The translations under genes and the position numbers were made by a program. A stretch of 64,000 bases of DNA from Candidatus Binatia bacterium. GTDB taxonomy: Bacteria > Desulfobacterota > Binatia > HRBIN30. Numbering within the stretch: the stretch's first letter is position 1; each line of letters opens with the position of its first letter. The stretch lies in contig JBBRSP010000001.1 in NCBI GenBank assembly GCA_038245295.1, positions 160,001 to 224,000 of the forward strand, in the 5' to 3' direction. Shown here one piece after another: positions 1 through 11,850 of this stretch. A model generated the notes under the pieces. It had not been told where the DNA came from. It did no database searches and worked only from the letters and a program-made list of their open reading frames with translations.

Positions 1-112
1 GGGACAACGAGGGCCAGGCAACAAGCGGCCAGGGTGAGCCAAGTGCAGGAGAAGGCTGCCCATTGGCTTTGGCGGGCCGCGGCGCGCTGCGGAGCACGCG
101 CGCCACAGGCAT
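1..112 (-). CDS. N-terminus of a possible exported protein running off the window
   Basis: Frame from ATG at 112 reads MPVARAPQRAAARQSQWAAFSCTWLTLAACCLALVV (signal-peptide-like), just downstream of aroC. Confidence 0.3.
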   Translation of the reverse strand, partial: MPVARVLRSAPRPAKANGQPSPALGSPWPLVAWPSLS

Positions 113-145
113 TCGCGGCGCATCGTAAGATAGCCATCCGGACGT

Positions 146-1228
146 CTAGCTCTTTATCGCCTGCTGCCGTAACCAATGGTCGGCGAGCACCAGGCAGGCC
201 ATCGCTTCGATCATCGGGACGGCGCGTGGCAAGACACATGGATCGTGGCGGCCTTTGGCGGCGAGCATGACGGCATTCCCCTCACGATCCACCGTTTGTT
301 GGGCCTGCGAGATAGTGGCAGTGGGCTTGAAGGCGACCCGGAAGACGATGTCTTCGCCATTGCTGATGCCCCCTTGTACTCCGCCCGAGCGATTACTCGT
401 TGTACGCACGCGACCGGCGGCATCGGTGATGAAAGGGTCATTGTGTTGAATGCCGCTGAGCTCGATGCCGCCGAAGCCACTGCCGATCTCGAAACCCTTC
501 GATGCTGGCAGCGACATCATTGCCTTGGCAAGGTCGGCTTCAAGACGATCGAACACTGGCTCGCCGAGACCGGGGGGGACGTTGCGGCAGACGCATTCGA
601 CGATGCCACCCAGTGAATCACCGGCGCGGCGCGCCGTGTCGATCCGCGCAATCATCTGCTCGGCGATCTCCGCATCGGGACAGCGTACGATATTCGCCTC
701 CACCGCGGCGAGGGTGACCGCCTGGGTATCGATGGTCGTCGCGATCGTCTGCACCTGCTTCACGTAGGAGAGAACTTCGACGCCGCAGGTCGATGCCAAC
801 ATCTTGCGTGCGATGGCGCCGGCGGCAACGCGTCCGATCGTCTCCCGCGCCGACGCCCGCCCACCACCCTGCCAATTGCGGATGCCGTACTTCGCTTCAT
901 ACGTATAGTCGGCGTGCGACGGGCGGTAGGTATCTTTGAAGTCGGCGTAGGCCGACGGTCGCGCATCCGTGTTGCGAACGAGAACGGCGATGGGCGTCCC
1001 CAGGGTTTTTCCCTCGAAGATACCGGAGAGGATCTCGGCGCGGTCGGGTTCGTCGCGTGGTGTGGTGATCTTGCTTTGCCCGGGGCGCCGCCGGTCGAGA
1101 TCACGCTGGATCTCCTCGACGCTCAGCGGCAAGCGTGGTGGACAGCCGTCAACGACGACGCCAACGCCACCGCCATGCGATTCACCGAAAGTACTAATGC
1201 GGAAAAGCTGCCCGAGGGTGGAGCCCAT
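146..1228 (-). CDS. aroC: Chorismate synthase
   Basis: [23 protein letters not shown] and GRHDPC signature motifs. Confidence 0.98.
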   Translation of the reverse strand: MGSTLGQLFRISTFGESHGGGVGVVVDGCPPRLPLSVEEIQRDLDRRRPGQSKITTPRDEPDRAEILSGIFEGKTLGTPIAVLVRNTDARPSAYADFKDTYRPSHADYTYEAKYGIRNWQGGGRASARETIGRVAAGAIARKMLASTCGVEVLSYVKQVQTIATTIDTQAVTLAAVEANIVRCPDAEIAEQMIARIDTARRAGDSLGGIVECVCRNVPPGLGEPVFDRLEADLAKAMMSLPASKGFEIGSGFGGIELSGIQHNDPFITDAAGRVRTTSNRSGGVQGGISNGEDIVFRVAFKPTATISQAQQTVDREGNAVMLAAKGRHDPCVLPRAVPMIEAMACLVLADHWLRQQAIKS

Positions 1229-1247
1229 GCCGGGGGCGAATAGCAGA

Positions 1248-1304
1248 CGGTGGACGGTAGACGGTAGTCGATAGATTCGATTTTCTACCGACTACCATCC
1301 ACCG
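1248..1304. repeat. Intergenic inverted repeat built from GACGGTA-type heptamers
   Basis: cggtggacggtagacggtag (1248-1267) pairs with ctaccgactaccatccaccg (1285-1304). Confidence 0.7.
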
Positions 1305-1309
1305 GGCCG

Positions 1310-3472
1310 TTAATCATCGTAGCGGATCACTGTAGCGAGATCGCCCACACCGAAGGTCTGGCCGATCGCTGAGCCGAAATCGACATCCAGCTCGGCCAGC
1401 GGGATGACCAGGCGTGCGCCGCTGTTGGTCGTCCAGTTGCTGCAATTGAAGTTGGTGCCGCTCAGGGTCACGGTGTAGGGCGAATTCGAACAAGTTCCGG
1501 TAAGGCCGTTGCCCCCCGGGCACTTGCGGGCATTGTTGATGGTTGTGGTGGCAGTGCCGGTTACCGCCCACGTTGTAGCACCGGCAATGGCAGTCCAACT
1601 GGAATCCGCAGGGCCAGGGCAGGCCGCGGTGGTGGATTGAGATTTCAATAAGATCGGAATAGCTGCTGCGCCGTTGCCCGTATTGGTCGCTGGGTTTGCA
1701 GGGTAGGTCAGCCAGGTGTTGTCCCAGGTCGGCGCCGGTGGGGCGCTCGTCGTGTGGCTGTCGACGACAACCGTGGCGTCGGCGTTGGTTCCACCGTTAC
1801 AGTCGATCGAGCCAACTCCATTCGCCTCCAGTCGTGTGCACACGTGATCGTTGCTGGCGGCACTCGGCTGCTGCGCATCAATGACCACTGCCGAGGCGAG
1901 GCTCAGCGTTGCAACACCATTTCCGTCCGGAGCTCCACCGGTCAAAACGATCGGTCCCGAGGTGAAGTTGCCGCGCGTGGCACTGCAGACCGCGCCGGCA
2001 AAGCCACCCGTTGGTGGGCCTTTGATCTTTTGCCACGACGTGGTCGCGGTGTCGGCCGGACAGACCGAGGTGTCACCGGTAGCGACGGTGAAATTGAGAG
2101 TGCCCAGGACGGTGGTCACCGGGGTTGCCGTCGGCGTCAGGCTGCTGGTCGCCGTTGGGCTCGGTGTCGATGTCGCCGTCACGGTCGGCGTGTCGGTTAC
2201 CGTCGGAGTATTCGTCGGGGTCGCCGTGACCGTTGGGGTATTGGTTGAAGTGCTCGTTGGCGAGGGCGTGCTGGTGGCCGTCTGCGTGTTCGTAGGGGTG
2301 CGCGTTTTCGACGGCGTTTGTGTCGGTGTGTCGGTTGGTGTTCCGGTGATCGTCGGTGTGTCGGTCGGTGTTTCGGACGGGGTAGGGGTGTAGGTCGGGA
2401 CGCCCACTTCCAGAGTCGCCGACGGCGTCGCCGTTCGGGTCACCGTCGGCGTGCGGGTGATCGTCGGTGTATTCGTCGGTGTTTGGGTAGGTGTGCCGGT
2501 GCGTGTTGGCGTGTCGGTCGCTGTATCGGTCGCGGTCGGAGTCGGCGTTGATGTGCGGGTCGGGGTGTCGGTTGGTGTGTCGGTGGCGGTGTTGGTGACC
2601 GACGGCGTTGGCGTGACGGTTGCCGTGTTGGTCACCGTTGGTGTTACCGTCAGTTGGCGCGGCTCATACACGTTGATGAACGTATCGTTGGCGAAGGTTT
2701 CGGTACCGGCGTTAATACACGCGACTTCCGCGGTCTCGGTTGCGGCGCAACTGGCCAGACCGCCGAGGATGGCGTCGTTGCACTTGTTCTCGATCACCGT
2801 GTCGGCGCCAAGGCGCGCCTTCTGGATCTTCATGGCGCTGTCGTCGGTCATACAATCGAGCGGCCCGAGCTTACCGATGTCTTCCTTGTACTGGCAGGCC
2901 TGCTGCAAGCGCGATAGCGCCGTGAAGTATTTGCGCATGCCCGTGCCGACGCCGTCCTGACAGGTCAGCTTGAGGGTTGGGCCGCCCTGGACCGGTGGGT
3001 CGGGTAGTGTGCCGTAGGCCGTGGTGGCGGCGGCGGTGGAGTCGACCCGAGCTTGGCAGGCCAGGCAAGCCGCGACGCTGGTGTAGCTCGAGGTGATCGA
3101 GGTCGATTCACAGGGCGCCAAGCAGACATTGTACCCGAGGGCGTGGGGCAACGATGCGCCGGCGCCATCACACTTCTTGGTGGCGATGGTGGTGAGTTTG
3201 GTTTCCTTAGCGACGATACCCACAAGCGCCTTGCCGGGCAGCGTGCTGATATTGTTGCAGTCGAGCGAGGCTGGATACGTCGGATTGGTGCCTGTCATGC
3301 GGAGTTTCTGGCACTTGATCTGTTCTCTCAGGATCTTGATCGCTAAGACGCGTGTGCCGGCGCCGAGTGCCTTGCGGCATTTTGCATCAGCGGTGGTCAG
3401 CGCTTGCACCTGCGCACTGCCGACAACCGTCGTGACCAATACCGCGACCAGCAACCTCAGGTGGTGCCGCAT
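1310..3472 (-). CDS. Secreted Cys-rich protein: helical N-domain, long Thr/Pro linker, ~265-aa C-terminal domain
   Basis: GGGGAG RBS before ATG 3472; signal peptide [24 protein letters not shown]; many paired Cys; (TPT)n linker. Confidence 0.85.
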   Translation of the reverse strand: MRHHLRLLVAVLVTTVVGSAQVQALTTADAKCRKALGAGTRVLAIKILREQIKCQKLRMTGTNPTYPASLDCNNISTLPGKALVGIVAKETKLTTIATKKCDGAGASLPHALGYNVCLAPCESTSITSSYTSVAACLACQARVDSTAAATTAYGTLPDPPVQGGPTLKLTCQDGVGTGMRKYFTALSRLQQACQYKEDIGKLGPLDCMTDDSAMKIQKARLGADTVIENKCNDAILGGLASCAATETAEVACINAGTETFANDTFINVYEPRQLTVTPTVTNTATVTPTPSVTNTATDTPTDTPTRTSTPTPTATDTATDTPTRTGTPTQTPTNTPTITRTPTVTRTATPSATLEVGVPTYTPTPSETPTDTPTITGTPTDTPTQTPSKTRTPTNTQTATSTPSPTSTSTNTPTVTATPTNTPTVTDTPTVTATSTPSPTATSSLTPTATPVTTVLGTLNFTVATGDTSVCPADTATTSWQKIKGPPTGGFAGAVCSATRGNFTSGPIVLTGGAPDGNGVATLSLASAVVIDAQQPSAASNDHVCTRLEANGVGSIDCNGGTNADATVVVDSHTTSAPPAPTWDNTWLTYPANPATNTGNGAAAIPILLKSQSTTAACPGPADSSWTAIAGATTWAVTGTATTTINNARKCPGGNGLTGTCSNSPYTVTLSGTNFNCSNWTTNSGARLVIPLAELDVDFGSAIGQTFGVGDLATVIRYDD

Positions 3473-3608
3473 AAGTAGACTCCCCGTTCTTCTGCCAGAA
3501 ACCCTAATGAATTGACTGGCGCGACCGTACCGCACGGGCGCGGCCCCAGTCAAATATATTCTACCCCGGTGCCGTAGGATGGCCGCGGCGCGACTACTTT
3601 TGTCCTCA

Positions 3609-6425
3609 TCAGTCGTTGAAACGGGCCACGGTGGCCAGGTCTCCGACGCCAAACGTTGCACCTGCCGCCGAACCGAAGTCGGTATCGAGATCCGCCTTCG
3701 GGATGACGATGCGGCCGCCGCTGTCACTGTTCCAATTGCTGCAATTGAAGTTGGTGCCGCTCAGCGTCACCGTGTACGGTGCGTTCGGGCATGTCCCTGT
3801 CAGACCGTTGCCGCCCGGACACTTACGCGCCGAGTTGATCGTCGTGGTCGCGCTGCCGGTGACGGCGACCGTCGTAATGGCGCTGACGCTGTTCCAACTC
3901 GCATCACTTGGTGCCGGACAAGCGCCCGATGTCGTTTGCGCCTTGATGGAAACTGGAATGACAGCGGCGCCGCTCCCCGAGTTGGTGGCCGGGTTCGCCG
4001 GGTAGGTCAGCCAGGTGTTGTCCCACAGCGGTGCCGGCGGGGCGCTGCTGCCGTTGCTGTTCACCGTGACGCGCGCATCAGCATTGCTGCCGCCGTCGCA
4101 ATCGATGCTCCCATTCCCATTCCCCTGGAGGCGCCAGCAGACGTGATTGTTGCTCGCTTGCGAAGGTTGCTGCGCGTCGATGACGACGGCCGACGCTACC
4201 GCCAGGGTGGCGATACCGTTGGCGTCGGGACTGCCTCCACTCAACACGATTGGCCCCGAGGTGAAGTTGCCGCGCGTTGCATTGCACACGGTTCCGGCGA
4301 AGCCACCGGTGGGAGGTCCTTGAATCTTCATGAAGGAGCCCGCCGCCGAGTCGGCCGGGCAGAGGCTGTTGTTGCCGGTCGTAATCGTGAAGTTCAGGGT
4401 GCCAAGCGGCGTTCGAGTATTGGTGGCCGTCGGTGGCGGTGTTGCGGTGCGGGTGGTTGTCGCCGCCGGCGTGTCGGTGACGGTCGGCGTCATCGTTCCG
4501 GTAGCCGTGTCTGTCGGCGTCTGGGTCGGCGTGCCCGTTTGGGTCACGGTTGGTGTCAATGTTGGTGTGTCGGTCGGTGGCACCACCCCCGTGGGTGTTT
4601 GGGTAGAGGTGCCGGTGATCGTCGGCGTATTGGTGACCGTCCGCGTCGGAGTCCGTGTGGCACTCGGCGGGAGAGTACCGGTGGTCGTCCGGGTATTGGT
4701 CGGTGACGATGTCGGTGTCTCCGTCTTCGACGCCGTCGGCGTTACCGTGGCGGTGTTCGTCACCGTCGCTGTAATCGTTGCTGTCGCGGTCCGTGTCGGT
4801 GAGCCGGTGGGGGCGCGGGTGTTCGTTGGCGTCGGGGTGGGCGCGCCCTGGACGATCATCTGCAAGCGCAACGCCGTGGCGATGTCGAAGTTCTGATTGA
4901 GGATCGGCGCGTCGAAATCCACGGCGTAGCCTGGAACGACCACGCTGGTGGCTGGCGCACTGAGAGTGTTCCAGGTTGCGCAATCGAACGGCGTGCCGCC
5001 GAGGGCCACGGTGGTATTGACGCCGTAGGCATATTCATCGCGTTCGTGTTGGAGCGTGTTGAAGACGCTGGCGCTGCCGTCGCTGGTGGTGAGGGCAGTG
5101 TGCAGGATCGGCGCTTGCGAGTAGTCGGCGTCGGCACATTCGGCTTCGTTGTCCGGCGTCTTGGTGAGTTGCAGCAGCACCGGGATCACCGCAGCGCCCG
5201 GACCGGAGTCGGCGCCGCCGGCGCCGATGCTGAGCGTCGGCGCGCCGGCGGCGGCGCTGCCATGGCTATCGATGGTCGTTGTGACGTCGGCGTTGCTGCC
5301 ACCGTCGCAATCAACCCAGCCCGTCGTCATCGGATCCGGTTGAAGCTTGACGCAAACCCGTCCGACTTCGCCGACCGCCTGAGCGAGGTTGGGCAACAAG
5401 CCGCCGAGGTAGGCGGTGGTCGCCAAAGAGAGAGGCGCGATGCCGTTCATGTCGGCAGCACCCTTTTGGACGATCACCGGGCCCGGGTTGAGTTTGCCGT
5501 CGGTGGCGTTTTCGACCAGGCCGTTGCCGGTGATGTCGGTCAAGCGGAACCACGAGGCGCCACCATCGTCGATCGGCACAATCGCTGTCACGCCGCGCAA
5601 GACATTATAGACGGCGCAGTCGAATCCCGGTGCGCAGGGAAACGGTGTTGGGGTGGCCGTGGGTGTCGGTGTCGGGCCTTCGATCTGGCAGCCCTGGTCG
5701 CAGCCGTCGTGATTGAGCCGATTGCCGTCGTCACAGGTTTCGTGGTCGGACTCGATGATGTGGTTGCCGCAGGTGCTTGGGCGGCACTGTAGGGAGAGAG
5801 CGTCACTGTCGAGTCCCGACAGGGATGTGGCGCTGCGTAACTTGAACCGTCGCGTCGCCGGCTTCGCAACGCCTTGGGCGGTGAGGCGCAGGGGAACCTT
5901 CAGGCCGAACTCTTCGGAGCACTTGTTCTGTGCCTGGTTCGGAATTCCGAGGAAGTAGACGTAGCCGAAACGCGCCGTGATGACGCCGAGACCGCCCTCG
6001 CCGATCTGGCTTTCCAGGGCGCCGACGTTGGCAATGTCGGTTGCTTCGAGGCTGTTCGGGTTCGGCCTCTGAATTTCGATGGTGTTGACGTCGCTCGGCG
6101 TGCAGGTTGTCAGGCGCGGATCATGGTTGTTGATGCAGACCGTGGTGTTGACCGTGCAGCTGTTGTTGTTGAGATCCGGGTCGGCGTCACACCGCGGGTC
6201 GCCTTCCCAGCAGCGCAGCGAGTTGCGCGGGATACCGGTCTTCTTGATCGGCGGCACGCCGGTGGTGACCCACTCGACGTAGCAGTCGGTGCGCTTCGGG
6301 CCGCTGCTCGGGATACAGTGATTGTTGGGGGCCGTCTGGGTGCAAGGTTGAGCCTCCACAATAGAGACGAGAGACCCAATCAGGATCCCGAGTAAGCCGA
6401 TTCGCATGTGGTGCCGTCCCCGCAT
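3609..6425 (-). CDS. Secreted protein with a Myxococcus-type Cys-rich repeat, Thr/Pro linkers and two copies of the domain shared with its neighbour
   Basis: Signal peptide; [24 protein letters not shown] repeat; C-terminus highly similar to 1310-3472. Confidence 0.85.
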   Translation of the reverse strand: MRGRHHMRIGLLGILIGSLVSIVEAQPCTQTAPNNHCIPSSGPKRTDCYVEWVTTGVPPIKKTGIPRNSLRCWEGDPRCDADPDLNNNSCTVNTTVCINNHDPRLTTCTPSDVNTIEIQRPNPNSLEATDIANVGALESQIGEGGLGVITARFGYVYFLGIPNQAQNKCSEEFGLKVPLRLTAQGVAKPATRRFKLRSATSLSGLDSDALSLQCRPSTCGNHIIESDHETCDDGNRLNHDGCDQGCQIEGPTPTPTATPTPFPCAPGFDCAVYNVLRGVTAIVPIDDGGASWFRLTDITGNGLVENATDGKLNPGPVIVQKGAADMNGIAPLSLATTAYLGGLLPNLAQAVGEVGRVCVKLQPDPMTTGWVDCDGGSNADVTTTIDSHGSAAAGAPTLSIGAGGADSGPGAAVIPVLLQLTKTPDNEAECADADYSQAPILHTALTTSDGSASVFNTLQHERDEYAYGVNTTVALGGTPFDCATWNTLSAPATSVVVPGYAVDFDAPILNQNFDIATALRLQMIVQGAPTPTPTNTRAPTGSPTRTATATITATVTNTATVTPTASKTETPTSSPTNTRTTTGTLPPSATRTPTRTVTNTPTITGTSTQTPTGVVPPTDTPTLTPTVTQTGTPTQTPTDTATGTMTPTVTDTPAATTTRTATPPPTATNTRTPLGTLNFTITTGNNSLCPADSAAGSFMKIQGPPTGGFAGTVCNATRGNFTSGPIVLSGGSPDANGIATLAVASAVVIDAQQPSQASNNHVCWRLQGNGNGSIDCDGGSNADARVTVNSNGSSAPPAPLWDNTWLTYPANPATNSGSGAAVIPVSIKAQTTSGACPAPSDASWNSVSAITTVAVTGSATTTINSARKCPGGNGLTGTCPNAPYTVTLSGTNFNCSNWNSDSGGRIVIPKADLDTDFGSAAGATFGVGDLATVARFND

Positions 6426-6587
6426 TCGTCATTCCCTCGCCGCGATGGCACCAACGCAGGCTGCCCTCTGCCCAAACAGTTGTTTGATGGGCAACCTAGC
6501 ATGGCTTCAGAGGCCTAGGTCAAGAAAGAAATCGCTGCGGCACCAGAGCCCGCGCCGAAGCCTGGAACCTGCGTTCGCCGGGTTTCG

Positions 6588-7433
6588 TCAATCGGTGGAG
6601 CCCAGGCGGTGTCCTCGCGCGGCGCGCTGGCGCGCGCGTTCGACAATCTCAGGGGGGACCGGATCACTCTGCGCCATCCCGAACCGCAGGAGGCCCGGCG
6701 CTACCAGGCGTAGGAAACGCGCCGTCATCAGCATGAGGCTGTGCTTTGGAATCGTCATCTCGAAGCGTTTCTTTTCGATGGCTTCGAAGATGGCATCGGC
6801 AATCATCTGCGGCGGAAACTTCTTGCCTTTGTAGGCGACGGGTTCGTCTTCCTTGTCCCAGATCTCCGTATCGATCGGTCCGGGATTGATGATGGCGGCA
6901 TGGATGTTCGAGCCGGCGAGGTCATTCCACAGAGCTTCGGTGAACGAGTTCATCGCCGCCTTCGAGGCGGCATACATGGCCTCGCGTGGTGGTGAGACCT
7001 TGGCGGCGAAGGACGAGATGTTGACGATGGTGCCGCCGCCTTGTTTGAGCATCGGCGGGATCGCCGCCAGTGTCGTCCACACGCATGACTGGAAGTTGAC
7101 GCGCATGACGAAGTCCGCCTCGTCGGCCGACATGTGGTAGATCTGTTTGTGTTTGGAGACCGCCGCGTTGTTGATCAGGACATCGAGTCGGCCGAAGCGC
7201 GCCACGGTGTCGTCGATGACTTTCTCGGCGAAGGGCCGCTCGCCGAGATCGCCGGCAAGGTAGATCGTCGCCGGGCTCCGTGGGCGACACTCGTCGACGA
7301 GCTTCTGCAGCAGCGCTTCGCGCCGCGCCACGGCAACCACCGTGGCGCCACGCTCGGCGAAGGCCTTGGCAGTCACGTAGCCGATGCCGGAGGATGCTCC
7401 GGTGATGACGACGACGCTTCCCTTGTAGTTCAT
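6588..7433 (-). CDS. Short-chain dehydrogenase/reductase
   Basis: TGASSGIG, NNAA, S...YAASK catalytic motifs. Confidence 0.95.
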   Translation of the reverse strand: MNYKGSVVVITGASSGIGYVTAKAFAERGATVVAVARREALLQKLVDECRPRSPATIYLAGDLGERPFAEKVIDDTVARFGRLDVLINNAAVSKHKQIYHMSADEADFVMRVNFQSCVWTTLAAIPPMLKQGGGTIVNISSFAAKVSPPREAMYAASKAAMNSFTEALWNDLAGSNIHAAIINPGPIDTEIWDKEDEPVAYKGKKFPPQMIADAIFEAIEKKRFEMTIPKHSLMLMTARFLRLVAPGLLRFGMAQSDPVPPEIVERARQRAARGHRLGSTD

Positions 7434-7437
7434 GCTC

Positions 7438-8613
7438 TCAGCCGAACAGCACCGGCAACTGATTGGGCGAGCGGAACGCCACTCCCTGGATCCAGCTTTC
7501 CTGACTGGGATCGAGGCGCAGATTGGGCAATCGATCGAGGAGCGCGTTCACCGCCGTTGTTACTTCCAGACGGGCGAGGTGGTAGCCGAGGCAGAAGTGT
7601 TTGCCCAAGCCGAACGACAGGTGATCGTCGGCGTGGCGATTCAAATCGAAGCGATCCGGATCCTTGTAGTGGTTCTCATCACGATTGGCGGGGCCGACCA
7701 TGACCGAAACATACGAGTTCGCTGGAATGTCGACACCCCCGACGGTTACATCGCGTTCGGTCATCCGCGCTGTGCCGGGCAGCGGCGTTTCCCAACGCAG
7801 CGTTTCCTCCAGAGCCCAGTGCAATTGCTTGCGATCGCTGCGTACCGTTTCCAGCGCCTCGGGGTGCGCCAGCAGCGAGTAGAGGACATTGCCGAGCAGT
7901 CGGAACGTCGTCTCGGCGCCGGCCGGCAGCAGCAGAAGGAGAAAGCCGAAAATGTCGTCGTCGGTTAGGTGCTGGCCTTCGACTTCGGCGGCGACGAGCT
8001 CGCTGATCAAGTCGTCTTGCGGCGACTCGCGCCGCGCCGCGACTACCGGTCGGAGAATGTCTTTCAATTCGCGCGACGCGGCGAGGCCGGCCTCGGGTGC
8101 CGTCGATTTGTAGCCGATCAAGTCGAGCGACAGTTTCTGGAAATGCGCGTAGTTGTCGATCGGCACGCCGAGAAGTTTGGCGATGACGATGAGCGGGTAG
8201 TCGGTTGTCAATTGGCGCACCAGCTCGGCGCGTCCGTTGCCGCGGCAAATCTCGGTGACGAGCTCGTCTACCAATGGTTCGACCAGCTTGACGCGGTAGC
8301 GTTCGATCGACTGCGGGCGAAAGGCGTTCGACACCAGGCCGCGATGCGTGGTGTGGGCGCGACCGTCCATCTCGAGGATCGTCCGACCCATCACCGGCCC
8401 CATGACCTGGTGCATGATGCGCGAGGAAAAGATGTCCGAGTTCTTCAAGGCGAAAGAGACGTCGTCGTAGGAGAGCAGAAGGTAGAAGGTCCGACCCTGC
8501 ACATCCACGGCGGGTATGCGCTGCGTCTGCCGCATCATCGCGAACATCGGATACGGATCGCGCACGTCCGAAAGGATCGAGCCGTCAAACATGCCGGGAG
8601 CATCTTCAGCCAT
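7438..8613 (-). CDS. Cytochrome P450
   Basis: AGAETT I-helix, EETLR (ExxR), FGLGKHFCLG heme-thiolate motif. Confidence 0.97.
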   Translation of the reverse strand: MAEDAPGMFDGSILSDVRDPYPMFAMMRQTQRIPAVDVQGRTFYLLLSYDDVSFALKNSDIFSSRIMHQVMGPVMGRTILEMDGRAHTTHRGLVSNAFRPQSIERYRVKLVEPLVDELVTEICRGNGRAELVRQLTTDYPLIVIAKLLGVPIDNYAHFQKLSLDLIGYKSTAPEAGLAASRELKDILRPVVAARRESPQDDLISELVAAEVEGQHLTDDDIFGFLLLLLPAGAETTFRLLGNVLYSLLAHPEALETVRSDRKQLHWALEETLRWETPLPGTARMTERDVTVGGVDIPANSYVSVMVGPANRDENHYKDPDRFDLNRHADDHLSFGLGKHFCLGYHLARLEVTTAVNALLDRLPNLRLDPSQESWIQGVAFRSPNQLPVLFG

Positions 8614-8680
8614 GACTACCTCCGGCGCCAGCGCTTAACCTAACGACTGTTAGGGATCAATCGAAATTCTCGCTCAGGGG

Positions 8681-8760
8681 CTCACGCAGACCCGCGAAGG
8701 CGCAGGGAGAACGGGAAAAATACCCGGCGTTCTCTTCGCGGCTTTGCGGCTCTGCGTGAG
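8681..8760. repeat. REP-like palindrome (CACGCAGAG...CTCTGCGTG family)
   Basis: ctcacgcaga...tctgcgtgag termini with an internal hairpin. Confidence 0.7.
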
Positions 8761-8879
8761 ACTTGCCGTGTGTTGGCAGGCGAAAGCAGCGCCTGATGTG
8801 GATCAGCGGCTCAAACAACAGCGGCCTGCCTCGGGGTTCCAAGGCAGGCCGCTGTTTCGGAGCTTGTGGAAAGGGTCGG

Positions 8880-9929
8880 TTACGGTAGTAGGAGGTAGGT
8901 CTGGTACCCCATGCGCGTATGACCTTGCTGGTTGGTTGCCGGTGGAACAGCCTGGGCGCTCGACCCCGAACAGGTCCCACCCGGGATGATCCCGAAGCCG
9001 CATGTCGTCGAGCCATAGTACGTCGGGTGGGTGTCATCGCTTTGGATGTAGTCGTAACTGCTGGTGGCCGTCACGAGCTTGAAGTTGGCATCGCGCAGCG
9101 TCGACTTGAGCGTGCTGGTGATGCGGGTGACGTAGGCTGCTTCGGTCTCGCCGGGAATGAACTTGAGAGCCGCGGAGTCTACCTGGCCGTCACCGTTCGA
9201 ATCGTAATCAGCGCCCATGAAGGCAGCGAAGGAGTCGGTGCAGGTGAATCCCTTCTGCGAGGCGAGGTTGCATGCGCGATAGTTGCTCTTGGCCATGTAC
9301 GGCAGGAAAAAGTCGCGACGGTTGACCTTCACCCCATTCACAGTGCAGCCGGTCAACACATTGTCGGCGTTGTACCCGGGGTAGAAGAGATTCGCGATGT
9401 TCTTCGTGACCACGTTCGCGCCCTTGTTGGCGTTGATGTAGTCCATCGCCGCACCCATGTAGTACGTGCAGTTGGAGAGGGCCGTGTTGAGTCCGCTGAG
9501 GTCACACACACCGCTCTGGCCGGCGAACGCACTGCGGGCCTGGAGATAATCGTTACCGCACATCTCGAAGGTGACGATCTTTGCGTTCGAGCTCTGCATA
9601 TAGGAGCGCTCGCCGACGATCTTGTCGTTGTAGATCGAGTCGGCCTTCGCTCCCGACGTCGTGCGGCGAACGATTTCCATGTCGGCGTTCCACCAGGAAG
9701 CCTGGTACTCGCCGGCAATTTCCGGCGCCGCCGTCTTCGCCACCGACCAGATCGAGCCGTGGTAGCCGGCGTAGATCGAATCGCCGTACGCCGTGATGCG
9801 ATACTTCGTCGTGGTGCCGGCGCGGTCGATGGTCCACGTCGAGTTCTGGGTGAGTGTGGATGCGCCGGCAACCGCACTCGTAGCCAGAATCGCTACCGCC
9901 ATAGCGAAACTTCCAATCGTTTTGCTCAC
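8880..9929 (-). CDS. Secreted SGNH/GDSL hydrolase
   Basis: Signal peptide; YGDSI block I, CGND block III, DDTHP block V. Confidence 0.85.
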   Translation of the reverse strand: MSKTIGSFAMAVAILATSAVAGASTLTQNSTWTIDRAGTTTKYRITAYGDSIYAGYHGSIWSVAKTAAPEIAGEYQASWWNADMEIVRRTTSGAKADSIYNDKIVGERSYMQSSNAKIVTFEMCGNDYLQARSAFAGQSGVCDLSGLNTALSNCTYYMGAAMDYINANKGANVVTKNIANLFYPGYNADNVLTGCTVNGVKVNRRDFFLPYMAKSNYRACNLASQKGFTCTDSFAAFMGADYDSNGDGQVDSAALKFIPGETEAAYVTRITSTLKSTLRDANFKLVTATSSYDYIQSDDTHPTYYGSTTCGFGIIPGGTCSGSSAQAVPPATNQQGHTRMGYQTYLLLP

Positions 9930-10059
9930 TATACCCCTCCCCGGTTAAAGTTTGATCCTCGCGCCATACGGCAAAATGGAGAGAACCACAAGAAAAATTG
10001 GCGACTGACGACACTTTCGCTAATGAGAGGGCGGTGCAATCAGCAGGAAGGGGCCGCGT

Positions 10060-10917
10060 GTGAGCGGCGAGATTCCGGGGCAAGTGCCGGTGAAAGTTTA
10101 TCCCTGGCCGGTGCGCCTTCTCGTCGGTGGGCTCGTCGCCCTTAGCGGTCTGGGTCTGCCGGCCAGCCTGGTGATTCTGACGACGTACCCCCGACTTCTG
10201 CTGCCGCTTGCACGCGCGTTGTTCGAAGCCAGACTGATCTTGGTGCTGAGCGTCGCTCCGTTGCTCGTGGCGCGTGCCCTGCAGTGGCTGTGCACCGCAC
10301 GAATCAGCTGCGACGAGGAAACCGTCCACGTGATCGGACGCGCGCTCCGGATCGACATCCCGCGCGCGTCGATCGACCGCCTCGCGCCTTGGGTTGTACC
10401 GTTGCCTGCGGCCGGCTTCGGTTTCGTCATGCGCTCCGGGAAACGCCTGCGCTACGGAGTGGAGGCGCGCGACCTGGGAAAGGTGCAGGCCAAGATCGGG
10501 GTGCCCTCGGCACCGTTGTTCCTTGAGCACCCGAGCGCGGCCTATGCGGTGGCGCGACAGAGAGTGGTTTGGCGTTGGTATCATCTGGCCTTCAAGTTCG
10601 CGCTGTTTCCGTTGTTGCCGGGTCTGCTCATCTTCCGCCTACACCAATTCATCACGTTCGGCGGCGCGTTCGGCGAGTACTACTTGTCTGGGCTGCGGCC
10701 ATACCTCACGACGTTGACCATCTACGTGGCGATGACTTGTATGGACTGTCTCCTTTGGGCGAGCCTGTGGCGCACCGTCGGCGAAATCGGCGCCTTCGCC
10801 GCCACCCAGGTGCGGCCGTCGGCCAGCGTTGCGATACGGCGGGCGATCGAGGTCTTGTGCAGCCTCCTATACTACGGCGGCATTGCGGCGATGATCTTGT
10901 ATGCCTTCCTGCGTTGA
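10060..10917 (+). CDS. Integral membrane protein of unknown function (TM pair, PH-like soluble segment, ~3 TM)
   Basis: Hydrophobic segments; long ORF with GTG start, divergent from the SGNH gene. Confidence 0.7.
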   Translation: MSGEIPGQVPVKVYPWPVRLLVGGLVALSGLGLPASLVILTTYPRLLLPLARALFEARLILVLSVAPLLVARALQWLCTARISCDEETVHVIGRALRIDIPRASIDRLAPWVVPLPAAGFGFVMRSGKRLRYGVEARDLGKVQAKIGVPSAPLFLEHPSAAYAVARQRVVWRWYHLAFKFALFPLLPGLLIFRLHQFITFGGAFGEYYLSGLRPYLTTLTIYVAMTCMDCLLWASLWRTVGEIGAFAATQVRPSASVAIRRAIEVLCSLLYYGGIAAMILYAFLR

Positions 10918-10992
10918 ATTGGGTCATCGGGATGATCCACCCCGCTCATTGTGCGCCCATCCCGTGGCGCGTATTCTGGGGGCGGAGGGGTA

Positions 10993-11793
10993 ATGATCGA
11001 TTCGGATGGTGTGCGCGTCGAGAACAGGCGCCGCTGGTGGCTGGTAGTTGTGGCACTCGGCGTGGCGGCGGTCATCGCCCTGGTGATCATGATGCGCCGT
11101 GGTGACGAGTCCACCTCGACGCCGCCACCGCAGGAGCCGCGGGCGACAGTCCCGACGCCCGCGCCGACCGTTGCCCGGATGCGCTTGATCGCGGCAGCGC
11201 GTGTTGCCTCACCTTCCCCCCAGGGCGACACCGCGACTCCGACAGCGGCGATCTCCGACGCTCCGACTCCGCTGCCGAAGGATCCGCGCCCGCAACCGGT
11301 GGCGCAAAGCGAAACACCAGCCGCGGATGCAGAGATGGCTCCCACTCCGCCGCCCTCCGACTACGGCTGGAAGGGCGAGACGGGAATCGCGCTGTTTCCA
11401 CCACCCGGTACCAATCCCCCGAAGCCCGGGATCATCGTTCCCGACGAGTTCGAGCTGCCGCAGGGGTACGTGCGCTACCACCAGACCACCGACGACGGGA
11501 AGGATCTGGCGCCCATTCTGGCATTCCATCCGGACTATCAGTTCGTCGACGAGAACGGCCAGCCGGTGCAGCTGCCCCAAGACCTCATCGTTACCCCGGA
11601 ACTGGCCCCGCCGGGCATCCCGATCGAGATCCTCAAAGTCCCCGAGACGATCTATCCGCAGGGACCATCACAGGAAGAGGTCGATAAACTCCTGAACGAA
11701 CACCCGGAGCTACTGCAGGACGGCTTGTCGCCGGAAGAGGCCGAGAGAATCATTCGGGAGCATCAGGATTTGCGCACCGGTGGTGGCAAGTAG
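10993..11793 (+). CDS. Membrane-anchored Pro-rich protein with a 'FPPPGTNPPKPG..YHQTTDDG..FHPDY' domain
   Basis: GGAGGGG RBS; single N-terminal TM; paralogue of 13502-14023. Confidence 0.8.
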   Translation: MIDSDGVRVENRRRWWLVVVALGVAAVIALVIMMRRGDESTSTPPPQEPRATVPTPAPTVARMRLIAAARVASPSPQGDTATPTAAISDAPTPLPKDPRPQPVAQSETPAADAEMAPTPPPSDYGWKGETGIALFPPPGTNPPKPGIIVPDEFELPQGYVRYHQTTDDGKDLAPILAFHPDYQFVDENGQPVQLPQDLIVTPELAPPGIPIEILKVPETIYPQGPSQEEVDKLLNEHPELLQDGLSPEEAERIIREHQDLRTGGGK

Positions 11794-11850
11794 GCCTGCT
11801 GATCCCGAGTGCTCGCCGCTGCGCGTCTCGTCGCAAGCTGAAGCTTGCGC

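Noticed and set aside
2110..4850. Repetitive GTCGGCGT-rich tracts as CRISPR or VNTR arrays
   Set aside because: They encode Thr/Pro linkers; there are no constant repeats with spacers and no cas genes
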